IMG/VR virus record: IMGVR_UViG_3300010429_002600
Strand: one strand, 5' to 3'
From: an uncultured virus (IMG/VR IMGVR_UViG_3300010429_002600)
Lineage: Duplodnaviria; Heunggongvirae; Uroviricota; Caudoviricetes
DNA: 64,000 bases
Part shown: one piece after another, positions 49,026-58,426 of the stretch
How the letters are laid out: every line of letters begins with the position of its first letter
How positions within the stretch are numbered: position 1 is the stretch's first letter
Program-made: the position numbers and the translations under genes
The notes under the pieces: model-generated
Database searches by the model: none
Seen by the model: only the letters and a program-made list of their open reading frames with translations
Told to the model about the DNA's origin: nothing

Positions 49026-50524
49026 AGATTACCTCTGATACTACAAAACAGTATTTGCAAAAATATCAGAACATATTTCAGGTAAATAAAGTTTCTGACT
49101 ACACTATAGAGATGCTTGCAAGGCCAGCACACTGGTTATCTCTTTGTCATTATAACGATCAGCCCCTGCATCTGGATGATTTCCAGGTAGGGGTTGTTAA
49201 TTCATATGGCAGGTATAACATGGGTGTTAAGTCCAGACAGATGGGATGGTCTACTATCTGTGTGGCTGGAAGGGCTGTTGCTAAATCTCATATGATTAAA
49301 GGGCACAGGAGCCTCATTGTCTCATATAATCTGGCAGAAGCAAAGGAAAAAATTAAACTGGTTAAGATGCTCTCCGATGGCGTTCCTGCCAGATTTCAGG
49401 TGAAGCTGGCAAAAGATAACGCACTGGGTGTGGAATATGAAAACCACTCTGAAATAATGTCTGTTTTTTCTACCAGAGGATATCAAAATGCGGATGTTTA
49501 CTTGGATGAGTTTGCTTTTTTCCCGGATCAGGCAAAGTCTTATAAAGACACTGTTCCAATGATCAGGAGAAATCCTGATAAGCAACTCTTTATCGGATCT
49601 ACCCCTTTTGGAAAACTCGGACTGTTTTATGATATTTTCTCCAGAGCAGGGAATAAGTATAAAAACTATGACAGGTTTCTCTGGTACTGGTGGGACAGTC
49701 CTTTTTACTGTAAGGATGTAGCCGGGGCCAGAAAAGACGCACATATGCTTACAACACCCTGCCGGTTAGAGAAATACGGAACAGAAGCAATTCTGGAACT
49801 CTATGAAGCTCTGGGTGATATAGAAGCATTTCAACAGGAGTTTGAGGGTTACTTTTTTGACGAAGCAACTTCATTCTTTCCTTATGATTTGATAACCAAA
49901 AGAATGAGGTTCTTTGATGAGGAACTTCAGGCAGTTCTTCCTAAAAACCTTGAGGAAATAGGAAGACATACAAAGGGCCGTCTTTACTGTGGATATGATG
50001 TAGGCCGTGTTCGTAATGCCTCAGAGTTCTTTGTTTTTGATTTAAGGAAAGATGCTCTTTGTAATAAGTTTATTCATCTCTATAACGAAACTTTTGATAA
50101 TACGGAATTTCATATTCAAAAAGAATATCTCAGGAATTTCATTAATACATATCAAAGGCTAATAGGGGCGGTGGCTATTGATAGAAGTAAAATTGGTATG
50201 AACATGTCTGAGGACCTAAAGAAAGAATTTCCTCGTATTATTGAGCCTGTGGAATTTACAAACTCTTCAAAAGCAGAAATGGCGAATACTACGAAGATAT
50301 TCTTTACAGATGGGATAATAGAACTCCAACCGGATAAAGATCTGATGATGCAAATTCATAGCATAAAACAGATGATTACTCCTATGAAAAATGTCCGGTA
50401 TGATGTGGAAAGAAATGAAAAACACCATGCAGACAAATTCTGGGCAATAGCTCTGGCCTGTTATGCTGCAAATATGGATAACAGGCTAAAGCCTGAGATA
50501 TACATTGTAGGAAGGAAGGTATAA
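48992..50524 (+). CDS. terL: Terminase large subunit
   Basis: Walker A 'KSRQMGWS', Walker B 'VYLDEFAF', 'GSTP', nuclease 'GYDVG' and 'HADKFWA'. Confidence 0.9.
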   Translation: MSYWKFGEKEVKITSDTTKQYLQKYQNIFQVNKVSDYTIEMLARPAHWLSLCHYNDQPLHLDDFQVGVVNSYGRYNMGVKSRQMGWSTICVAGRAVAKSHMIKGHRSLIVSYNLAEAKEKIKLVKMLSDGVPARFQVKLAKDNALGVEYENHSEIMSVFSTRGYQNADVYLDEFAFFPDQAKSYKDTVPMIRRNPDKQLFIGSTPFGKLGLFYDIFSRAGNKYKNYDRFLWYWWDSPFYCKDVAGARKDAHMLTTPCRLEKYGTEAILELYEALGDIEAFQQEFEGYFFDEATSFFPYDLITKRMRFFDEELQAVLPKNLEEIGRHTKGRLYCGYDVGRVRNASEFFVFDLRKDALCNKFIHLYNETFDNTEFHIQKEYLRNFINTYQRLIGAVAIDRSKIGMNMSEDLKKEFPRIIEPVEFTNSSKAEMANTTKIFFTDGIIELQPDKDLMMQIHSIKQMITPMKNVRYDVERNEKHHADKFWAIALACYAANMDNRLKPEIYIVGRKV

Positions 50525-50525
50525 T

Positions 50526-50738
50526 ATGGATGAAAAAATATTTCCTGTTACTCTGGAGAAAATAGCCAGGGGATTATCCCCAAAGCATATAAATGATATG
50601 CATGGCTGGACCTTTGAAATGGAGACAGAGGGAGGCGTGAATTTCTTTTTCTCCCGTCTCCCGGAATTAAAAGATATAGTAAGATTTAGAGAAATATCCT
50701 ACAAAAAAGTATTACTGGAGGTTAAAGATGGAAAATAA
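50526..50738 (+). CDS. Hypothetical protein
   Basis: Coupled ORF. Confidence 0.55.
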   Translation: MDEKIFPVTLEKIARGLSPKHINDMHGWTFEMETEGGVNFFFSRLPELKDIVRFREISYKKVLLEVKDGK

Positions 50739-51321
50739 AGACAGAATAAAAATGTTACAGGAACTTAAGGAAGTTCAGGATGAAATGAAAAGGAGAACTC
50801 TTCCGGAAGAAGGGGTGGATGCTCCCACTGTCTGGAAAGAAGTAACTAAAATTCGGGATGGAAAAGAAGTTAAAGAACAGGTGGAGTTCGCTATTATCGA
50901 TGGTGAAGAAATTCCGCTTACTCCTGTAGAAGATCTGAAAAAAGCAGAAGTGATCCTACAGGATTTCTATGACAGGAGTTTTCAGAAAGAGGATCTCAGG
51001 AAACTGATTGCCCTTTATGGAGATCACCATATAGGACAGGAAATGATAAAGGAACTGGGAGAATTGACAGAGGCGGCTATTGTCAGAGATCCTTATAAAG
51101 TTCTGCATATCCTGAAAGCAGAGATAAAGAGTATCAAACAATCTATAAAAGACCTGGTAAAAGTAAAATACGGGTCAACAGAGGTAGGAAGGATATTAAT
51201 TTTATCAGAGAAAAGGCTGTTATCCTATAAATCTTTTCTGGAATCCTGTGCTGAAGGGATGAGAAACATTATTAAATTCAAAAAAGAGGAGGAAAGCAAA
51301 GATGAGAATTCTTCTGACTAA
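50728..51321 (+). CDS. Hypothetical helical protein
   Basis: GGAGG RBS. Confidence 0.6.
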   Translation: MENKDRIKMLQELKEVQDEMKRRTLPEEGVDAPTVWKEVTKIRDGKEVKEQVEFAIIDGEEIPLTPVEDLKKAEVILQDFYDRSFQKEDLRKLIALYGDHHIGQEMIKELGELTEAAIVRDPYKVLHILKAEIKSIKQSIKDLVKVKYGSTEVGRILILSEKRLLSYKSFLESCAEGMRNIIKFKKEEESKDENSSD

Positions 51322-53227
51322 TGGCAAAACTCCTGTAAACAGCCCCTTTTTTCTTAATGAGAAAAGACCGCCTATAGGGTTGTTATACCTCGCCTCTGTG
51401 CTCAGAGAGCATGGCGACGCTGCTTACTTATGGGATGATTATTCTAATCCGCAGCCCATGGAAGATTTTATGGGGTTAATTGAGAGGGAACATATCCAGT
51501 TTGTAGGAATTTATTGCTCTACAGCCTGCTGGAACGACTGTATAGAAAAGGTCTATAAGGTAGACTTTCTCAGAAAAAGAAAAGGAGTGCTCTGTAAAAT
51601 CATTCTGGGCGGTCCTCATATGGCAGTATGTCCACCGGATAAAATCCCCATGGAAGTTGACCATGTTGTAATAGGAGAAGGTGAAAGAGCTATTATTGAT
51701 ATTGTCAATGGAACAGCAAAAGACAGGATAATTGATATGAGAGGAAAAAGAATAACAGATCTCGACTCTCTTCCTTTCCCTGCATATGACCTTGTTGCAA
51801 AAAAACCTTATTATGCCTGGGACTCCCTTTTCTTTAAAGAAAGCCCAGTATTTACAATGAATACCTCCAGAGCATGTCCATATCCCTGTCGATTTTGCTC
51901 CGTAAAAGGTATCTGGGGCAGAGAGTGGACCTCTTTTTCTGCTGAAAGGGTTGTAAAAGATATAGAACAGCTTATGAAAGATTTCGGGGCAAAAGCAGTA
52001 TATTTCAGAGAAGATAATTTTACGGTGGATAAAAAGAGGGTAGAGAAAATTTGTGACCTTCTTATAGAAAAAGGAATAAAGATTTCCTGGGCATGTGAAA
52101 GCAGAACTGATACTTTAAATCAGACAATACTAACCAAAATGGCACAGGCAGGGTGTAAAGGGCTTTATATAGGGGTAGAGTCTGGATCTACTAAAATGCT
52201 TAAGGCTATAGATAAATACATCCCTAAAACACAGACAAAGAAAATGTTTGATTTGTGTAAGAAGTTAGGGATTAAAACTGCTATGACTATCATGTATGGA
52301 CTCCCGGGAGAAACAGAAGGAGACAGGAAACTCAATCAGGAGTTTGTTGATGAACTCAAACCTAACTTCTATTGGCCCTGTGTATTCGTAGGACAGCCGG
52401 GAAGCCCCATGTATGATGAAATACTTGAGAAGAAAAGTTTTGCGTTTAAAGACTCCAGGGGCTATTTATATCTCAAAGGCCATGATGAAATGGTTGAAAG
52501 CATATATAAGCATAATCCGCAAAAGCAGATAACACATATTCCTGATACAGGACCCCTTGTTTCAGTCTGCATGGTTGCAGGGAAAAGCAGTGTCCCTTTC
52601 TTTAAAAAAGCTGTTCAGAGTATAATGGACCAGAACTATAATAACTTTGAACTTCTTATTATGGACACTACCGGAAACTGGGAATGTGTCACACAGATAC
52701 ACCCGGTTGAAGCTAATCCGAAAGTGTTCCAGGGACAGCCTTATAACAAAGCAAGAAATTTCCTTGCAAAACAGGCAAAAGGAAAATACATTGCGGTTAT
52801 GGATGGAGATGATCTGAGCCATTTAAACAGACTGAGAACTCAGGTGGAGTTTATGGAGAAAAACCCTGATGTTGCTGTCGTGGGAACCTCTTATTACAGA
52901 ATAGATGCGGCAGATAAATATTTGTCCATTGTTCCCGTAATAACAGATAGTGTTAAACTCAAGGAGGGATTGAAACAGCAAAACTGGTTTGGTCATAGTT
53001 CTACAATGATAAGAAAATCCTGTTTTGATGCTGTTGGTGGATATGATGAAAATTTCGAATTTGCACAGGATTATAACCTCTGGGTGAGATTGTCAAAGAA
53101 ATATCGGATTGCAAACCTCTCCTATCCGTTATACTCTTATAGAGTTCATTCCAGAGCAGTATCACAGGAAAAGAGAAAATTACAGGATGAATATGCACAG
53201 AAAGCGAGGGCACTTGCTAATTCATGA
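51302..53227 (+). CDS. B12-binding radical SAM fused to a GT2 glycosyltransferase
   Basis: 'PPIGLLYLAS', 'LGGPH', 'GEGE', 'SRACPYPCRFC', 'GVESGS'; C-terminal 'ARN...GKYIAVMDGDD', 'AQDYNLW'. Confidence 0.9.
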   Translation: MRILLTNGKTPVNSPFFLNEKRPPIGLLYLASVLREHGDAAYLWDDYSNPQPMEDFMGLIEREHIQFVGIYCSTACWNDCIEKVYKVDFLRKRKGVLCKIILGGPHMAVCPPDKIPMEVDHVVIGEGERAIIDIVNGTAKDRIIDMRGKRITDLDSLPFPAYDLVAKKPYYAWDSLFFKESPVFTMNTSRACPYPCRFCSVKGIWGREWTSFSAERVVKDIEQLMKDFGAKAVYFREDNFTVDKKRVEKICDLLIEKGIKISWACESRTDTLNQTILTKMAQAGCKGLYIGVESGSTKMLKAIDKYIPKTQTKKMFDLCKKLGIKTAMTIMYGLPGETEGDRKLNQEFVDELKPNFYWPCVFVGQPGSPMYDEILEKKSFAFKDSRGYLYLKGHDEMVESIYKHNPQKQITHIPDTGPLVSVCMVAGKSSVPFFKKAVQSIMDQNYNNFELLIMDTTGNWECVTQIHPVEANPKVFQGQPYNKARNFLAKQAKGKYIAVMDGDDLSHLNRLRTQVEFMEKNPDVAVVGTSYYRIDAADKYLSIVPVITDSVKLKEGLKQQNWFGHSSTMIRKSCFDAVGGYDENFEFAQDYNLWVRLSKKYRIANLSYPLYSYRVHSRAVSQEKRKLQDEYAQKARALANS

Positions 53228-53934
53228 AATGCTCTGTAATCCTGGTCGCTCATTATAGGCCTGATTGGTTTATAGGAGCGTTGAGAAGTCTTTTCTATCA
53301 GACCTCAAAAGATTTCGAGATAATAGTGGTTAATGACGTTCCCTTCTGTCAGGAAGAAATTACCCGTATCTATGGACTTCCGGATAGAACTACATATATA
53401 AAGTATAAAAAAGGAGTTCTTCTGGGAGGAGCCAGAAATATAGGACTTCGAATGGCAGAAGGGGAATATATTATCTGTCTTGATGATGACGATGTTTTCT
53501 ACCCGGATCACATTGATAGATTGATTAAATGTCTTGACAGTAATCCTGCTGTGGATCTGGCATATACAGATTATAACAAACAGTTTCACAGAGAGGATGA
53601 GGGCAGAAGGTGGGTTCATGCAAAAGATAGAATCCCCTGTAAATGCGGAGAATTTTCTATTCATAGAATGATGGGTGGAAATTTTATTCCGGTCTGCTGC
53701 ATTATGTTTCGAAAAAAATTAATTAATGATGTTGGAATGTTTGATGATGCGGTGGAAAGTCATGAGGATTGGGATTTATGGGCCAGAATGACACATGCAA
53801 ATAAAGTCTGGAAATACTTACCCGGACATACTTGCGAAGTGTCGTGGAGAGGCAATACAATGACTTCTAATGGAGAGATTATGAATGGAGGTCGAAAGAA
53901 GGTCATTGAAAAAATAAGAAAGTTACGGTCTTGA
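53224..53934 (+). CDS. GT2 glycosyltransferase
   Basis: 'QTSKDFEIIVVND', 'ARNIG', 'LDDDD', 'EDWDLW'. Confidence 0.9.
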   Translation: MKCSVILVAHYRPDWFIGALRSLFYQTSKDFEIIVVNDVPFCQEEITRIYGLPDRTTYIKYKKGVLLGGARNIGLRMAEGEYIICLDDDDVFYPDHIDRLIKCLDSNPAVDLAYTDYNKQFHREDEGRRWVHAKDRIPCKCGEFSIHRMMGGNFIPVCCIMFRKKLINDVGMFDDAVESHEDWDLWARMTHANKVWKYLPGHTCEVSWRGNTMTSNGEIMNGGRKKVIEKIRKLRS

Positions 53935-53959
53935 CAAATTTAATATATATCTATAATAT
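53931..53959 (+). promoter_or_regulatory. Possible internal promoter
   Basis: TTGACA-17-TAATAT. Confidence 0.45.
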
Positions 53960-53970
53960 AGGAGGTAGTA

Positions 53971-54582
53971 ATGAAGCATAAAGTGGATCTTGATAAATTA
54001 AGAAATGACCTGAGAACAGGGAACTTGCAACCGTGGATGTGTGAAATCCCGGGTTGCAGGGAACCTGTAATCTGGATGGATAAACCGGAAGAATGGGTGT
54101 CCTTCGGGAATAAAAAGGTCAATATAGGGGATGGAATGGGCCTTGTATATAATACCTGTGAAAAATGTAAAAGAAAAATATGTATGGCATCTAAGGCAAG
54201 GCCAAGTAAAAATAATCTCCAGGGACTTCCTGAAGTATTTTACCCTCACGAAGAGCAATCGGCTTCGCTTCTACTTTCACCAACTGCCAAGGCAGCCAAT
54301 GCAACCAAGTATCGGTTAGAGAACTATAATAAAGAAGCGACGAAAAGCAATCAGCCTCTTCCGGAACATCTGAGGCATATTCAAAGGCCACAGAACAAAC
54401 AGATAAAAGGCCATGTTTCAGCCCTTCCCGGCCCATTCAAAAATACACCGCACTGTGGAGTGGAACGGTTCTGGGTTGACCACATGGATAAAATAAAACT
54501 CATCTGTTGCTGTCATCAATGTAAAGATGAGTACTGGGAAGATTTAACTGAGGAGAAGAAGAAGCACCGTAAGGAAGAGTAA
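53971..54582 (+). CDS. Cys-rich hypothetical protein
   Basis: AGGAGGT RBS; several Cys pairs. Confidence 0.55.
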   Translation: MKHKVDLDKLRNDLRTGNLQPWMCEIPGCREPVIWMDKPEEWVSFGNKKVNIGDGMGLVYNTCEKCKRKICMASKARPSKNNLQGLPEVFYPHEEQSASLLLSPTAKAANATKYRLENYNKEATKSNQPLPEHLRHIQRPQNKQIKGHVSALPGPFKNTPHCGVERFWVDHMDKIKLICCCHQCKDEYWEDLTEEKKKHRKEE

Positions 54583-54602
54583 GGGGAATTACGGAGGAAA
54601 AA

Positions 54603-56153
54603 GTGAAAGCAGTAATTTCCCCGATTGAAAAACGCAATGGCGAGATAAAGCCAAAATTTAAAGAAAAAATGTTATCCGAGATACAGAAGGCTTACACCTT
54701 AAGTAAGACGGAACTATTAAGGGGTAAGCCCTCTTATTCTCGTTTTTTGTTTTCTACAGATAACCCTCTCGATTCCTGCTGGTTAAATGACTTCCTTTAT
54801 AAAACAATATCCTGGGTTTATGCCTGTGCTCAAAAGACCGCAAACAGTGCTGTAAATGCAGGATATAGTATTGTTCCCCGTAAAAAAGACGGGAAAGTAA
54901 AACCACAGATAGAGAAATTTTGTGAAGGATTAGATGAGTTCTTTAAAAACGTCAATGAGGAACAGGTCTTTGAAGAACTCTTAAAACAATATCATATAGA
55001 TGCCGCTATTAATGGAAAGGCGTATTTCATATTTGATTTCCTTGAAAACCACCCTCCATTTAACACCCTGATTGCAATATACAGGGCAGACTTCAGAACT
55101 ATAAAACCTGTCCGTATGGACCAATATTTACGGAACTTTCCTGAATTAAATGATCCTGAATTAGAACGCCATAAAAACACCCTCATTGGATGGGTGCAGC
55201 AGATATATGATGGAACAGATATGGAGAGTTTCCTTGAGCCAATGGGTAAACCGCAGGGTAAAGTAAAACCGCTAAATGCAGTCCCTTATGTTATGGGAGC
55301 AGGTCCGAATACAAGATACTTTTATCCGGAGCAGGTTCTTGAAGTAAAATTAGATGCACAGGGAACCAGTCCTCTGGACTGTCTTATTCGTTCCCTGAAA
55401 ACAGAAATCTCTGCTCAAGAATATACAAATTCCTACTTTGATAATTTCACAAAAGCAGGCATAATTATGTCTCTTGAGGAAGGCAGTATTGGAGAAGCAG
55501 AGGTAAATAAACAATGGCTTAAGGAAGAGTATGGAGATCCGGCAAATGCCTATTCTCCTATGTTCTTAATCGGAGGAATTAAGCTTGTCAGAGACAGTGC
55601 TTCTACTGCTGATGTAAAATATCTGGAGATAAGGGAATTTAATAAGTTAGAAGTTTGTGGTGCTATGGGAACAGATCCCGTTTTACTCTCTTCTACGCAG
55701 GGTAAATCAGCAGAGAAAGAAGAGGCTCAAAGAGCGTTTGAAGAGGGAACTGTTACTCCACGCTCTGTATTATTCTTCCGAAAATTAACAAAAAAGATAG
55801 AAGAAATATATCCGAAGTTTAAAGGGAAATTCGAGATAATCCCTGGTGTAAAAGGAAGAAGTTCACTGCACTTATTGAATATTGCGCAGAAAATGGCAAT
55901 GGCTGGAGCTTCGACAAACGAGGTTCGTAGTCTTACAGGACTTCAGGAAATTGAAGGGCCTGTATATGACAAACCGCTTATGGCCGTAAATGTCCAGCCT
56001 ATTCAGACAATAGAAGATGTTGCCAGAGCAACCATGCAGCCTCAAAAACTTGTGGGAAATAAAGCAATGAAAGATAATAACCCCGGAGGAGGTCAACCCC
56101 GTAATGAAAATGTTCAGGGTGGCCGATCCGGTGTTTATAATGAACAGAGGTGA
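54603..56153 (+). CDS. Portal protein
   Basis: 'WVYAC', 'NGKAY', 'GTSPL', 'YFDN...G', 'TNEVR..GL' HK97-portal-like motifs. Confidence 0.85.
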   Translation: MKAVISPIEKRNGEIKPKFKEKMLSEIQKAYTLSKTELLRGKPSYSRFLFSTDNPLDSCWLNDFLYKTISWVYACAQKTANSAVNAGYSIVPRKKDGKVKPQIEKFCEGLDEFFKNVNEEQVFEELLKQYHIDAAINGKAYFIFDFLENHPPFNTLIAIYRADFRTIKPVRMDQYLRNFPELNDPELERHKNTLIGWVQQIYDGTDMESFLEPMGKPQGKVKPLNAVPYVMGAGPNTRYFYPEQVLEVKLDAQGTSPLDCLIRSLKTEISAQEYTNSYFDNFTKAGIIMSLEEGSIGEAEVNKQWLKEEYGDPANAYSPMFLIGGIKLVRDSASTADVKYLEIREFNKLEVCGAMGTDPVLLSSTQGKSAEKEEAQRAFEEGTVTPRSVLFFRKLTKKIEEIYPKFKGKFEIIPGVKGRSSLHLLNIAQKMAMAGASTNEVRSLTGLQEIEGPVYDKPLMAVNVQPIQTIEDVARATMQPQKLVGNKAMKDNNPGGGQPRNENVQGGRSGVYNEQR

Positions 56154-56154
56154 A

Positions 56155-56694
56155 ATGATGAAAGAAGCGACTATTGAGAATACAATCAGACACTTTATAG
56201 GTGAGGCATGGGAATACATACACCAGAATAAAGAGAAAATAAAGAATTTCGATAAAGCAAAAGAGAAAATAAAATCACAGGCATTTTTATTTGATGTAAA
56301 ACTCCCTGAAGATTTAAATGTGGAACTTTCAAAGGCCAGTGCTGATACTGGTCTTGGGATATTATATTTCATAGCTTCAAAGGCAGATATCTTTGATACA
56401 CAGGGAGATATGATAGAACTGCCTGAACTTAAAAAGGCCGCTTTTTCCTTTGTGAAGAGAAGCAGAAAAGGAGACAGGAACCATAACTATAAAAAATCAG
56501 CAGAGGTTGTGGAGAGTTTTGTGTTTGATGAAAAGATAATTGAACTGATTAAATCAGGAGAAATACAGGCCGGTGACTGGGTTGTCGGTATGCAGCCGCT
56601 TGACCCGGACCTTTTAGACAAAGCACAAAAGGGCCTTATCAAAGGAGCTTCTATTGCAGGAAGGGCAAAAAAGGAGGCTGTTCGTAATGCGTGA
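56155..56694 (+). CDS. XkdF-like prohead serine protease
   Basis: 'DTQGD', 'KKAAFSF', 'HNY', 'VVESF', 'GDWV', 'GLIKGASIAG'. Confidence 0.75.
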   Translation: MMKEATIENTIRHFIGEAWEYIHQNKEKIKNFDKAKEKIKSQAFLFDVKLPEDLNVELSKASADTGLGILYFIASKADIFDTQGDMIELPELKKAAFSFVKRSRKGDRNHNYKKSAEVVESFVFDEKIIELIKSGEIQAGDWVVGMQPLDPDLLDKAQKGLIKGASIAGRAKKEAVRNA

Positions 56695-57355
56695 GTACAA
56701 GTTAAAGGACTTAATCATAGATTGGATCTCAATCGTCGAAGACGAATCTGAGCCGGTCAACCCAGAAGCAAAATTGCTTATTGTAAAAAGTAAGGAGGGA
56801 AAGAACGAAATGGAAAAGAAGTCAAAAGTGTTGGACTTTCTTTATAGTCTTGTGGGAAATGTTGAAAAAGCGGAAACTGCTGATCCTACAGAATCGGAAG
56901 AAAAAACACCTTCAAATACAGAACCAGCACAGGAGCCTCAGTACTTATCCAAAGCAGACTTTACGGCTGAAATGGAGAAGTTTAAAACTGACCTGATGGC
57001 CTCTGTTACGGAGGTTGTAACCAAAGCAACTGAAGTAGAAAAAGCATCCCGAAACGATATTTTCGCAGGGTTTGCAAAAGCCTATAAAGAAGATATGGAG
57101 ACACTCAAAAAAGGTCTTGTCGGAGAGAAAAGGACTAATCCTCCTGTTCTTCCAGACGGCCCTGGTCTTGAGGACCTCTTCAAACATGCCATCCAGAAAA
57201 AGGTTAGCCTTCCTTCTGTGAATGGCACAGTGGTAGAAGATTTCATTAAAAGTGAGATCGAAAAAGGCACAATAGAAAGGGATAGATTCCCTATGCAGGA
57301 AACCCAGGCAGATAGAGTTTTCAAACTTGTCTGTGACATGGGAAATCAAGAGTAA
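56687..57355 (+). CDS. Capsid scaffolding protein with protease-like N-terminal strand
   Basis: AGGAGG RBS; charged helical body; between protease and capsid genes. Confidence 0.65.
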   Translation: MREYKLKDLIIDWISIVEDESEPVNPEAKLLIVKSKEGKNEMEKKSKVLDFLYSLVGNVEKAETADPTESEEKTPSNTEPAQEPQYLSKADFTAEMEKFKTDLMASVTEVVTKATEVEKASRNDIFAGFAKAYKEDMETLKKGLVGEKRTNPPVLPDGPGLEDLFKHAIQKKVSLPSVNGTVVEDFIKSEIEKGTIERDRFPMQETQADRVFKLVCDMGNQE

Positions 57356-57371
57356 AGGAGGATAGCCCAAA

Positions 57372-58373
57372 ATGAAAGGTTTTAATCCAATAGATATAGT
57401 TGAAACTTATCTCGAAAAGGCCAAACAGACGGCCACTACCGGGGCTATGTTCCATACTCAGGATTTATCCCAGATAATTTACCTGGATGGAATCCCCGAA
57501 CATAAGTTCTTACAAAGGTTAATGGTGGATGAAAACGTCAACGGAGATCCCCATTACTGGAGTAAGATGTCTTATACAAGAGCAACAGGAACCGGAAGTC
57601 ATTTTGACGATGGAGATAAACCCTCTGTATATTCCACTGCTCCAACCAGGACTTCGAACAACATTTATCAGGTTGGTAGATGTGCAGAAGTCACTGACAA
57701 ACAGCTATTACTCTTTGCAAAAGCGTTTGGCGGTGTAGGTGGCGGAACATGGAAGATACACGGACCCGGCAATGCACTTCAGGCGTTCCAGAACGAACTC
57801 GAACTTCAGGTTAAGCTCCGGTTCATTGAACTGGTTGACGAAATAGCTGAAATTCTTGTCAATGGTGTAGGATCGACCACTCTTCCCGGAACTCAGGGAT
57901 TAACTGATGTTCAGTGCGATGGTATGTTCCAGTTCTTAACTAATAACACTGTGGATGCAAATGCCGCAGTATTAGATGAGAGCCATATCAAAACACTGGC
58001 AAAGGCAATCCGAGATAGAATGACCGGAAGATTTCCGCAGTATCTTTATGTTAATAGCACCCAGAAAGGAACTATTAACAACTGGGCTACAAACATCTGG
58101 TTTGGCAGAAACAGAGAGCTGGAAGCAGGTAAAGACGTTTCTACCTTCAACACCGGATATTTCGTAGTTCAGATAGATATTGACGATCACATTCCAGTAG
58201 GAAGTTGTGCTATGATAGATCATTCCGTATGGTATAAGATGGACCTTTCTGGTATTATGATGAGTGAACTTGCCAGAATAAACACCACACTGGGCCGTAT
58301 GATGACATATTATGGCACATTGAAATGTGGAACCGATCTCAGTTCTGGACAGATATTCGACCTGGCTGCTTAA
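57372..58373 (+). CDS. Major capsid protein
   Basis: 333 aa after the scaffold; 'HYW', 'NNIYQ....EVT', 'ILVNG', 'DGMFQF'; strong RBS; followed by a terminator. Confidence 0.8.
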   Translation: MKGFNPIDIVETYLEKAKQTATTGAMFHTQDLSQIIYLDGIPEHKFLQRLMVDENVNGDPHYWSKMSYTRATGTGSHFDDGDKPSVYSTAPTRTSNNIYQVGRCAEVTDKQLLLFAKAFGGVGGGTWKIHGPGNALQAFQNELELQVKLRFIELVDEIAEILVNGVGSTTLPGTQGLTDVQCDGMFQFLTNNTVDANAAVLDESHIKTLAKAIRDRMTGRFPQYLYVNSTQKGTINNWATNIWFGRNRELEAGKDVSTFNTGYFVVQIDIDDHIPVGSCAMIDHSVWYKMDLSGIMMSELARINTTLGRMMTYYGTLKCGTDLSSGQIFDLAA

Positions 58374-58382
58374 ATATGAAGA

Positions 58383-58411
58383 GAGGGGACTTTTCGAGGT
58401 CCCCTCCTTTA
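58383..58411 (+). terminator. Hairpin/terminator after the capsid gene
   Basis: gaggggac-ttttcgag-gtcccctc followed by cttta. Confidence 0.7.
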
Positions 58412-58426
58412 TCGAGGTGAAAGTAT

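Noticed and set aside
56664..56694. A-AAA-AAG slippery site fusing protease and scaffold
   Set aside because: The -1 frame stops after a few codons and the scaffold is in the +1 frame; the sequence overlaps the scaffold RBS
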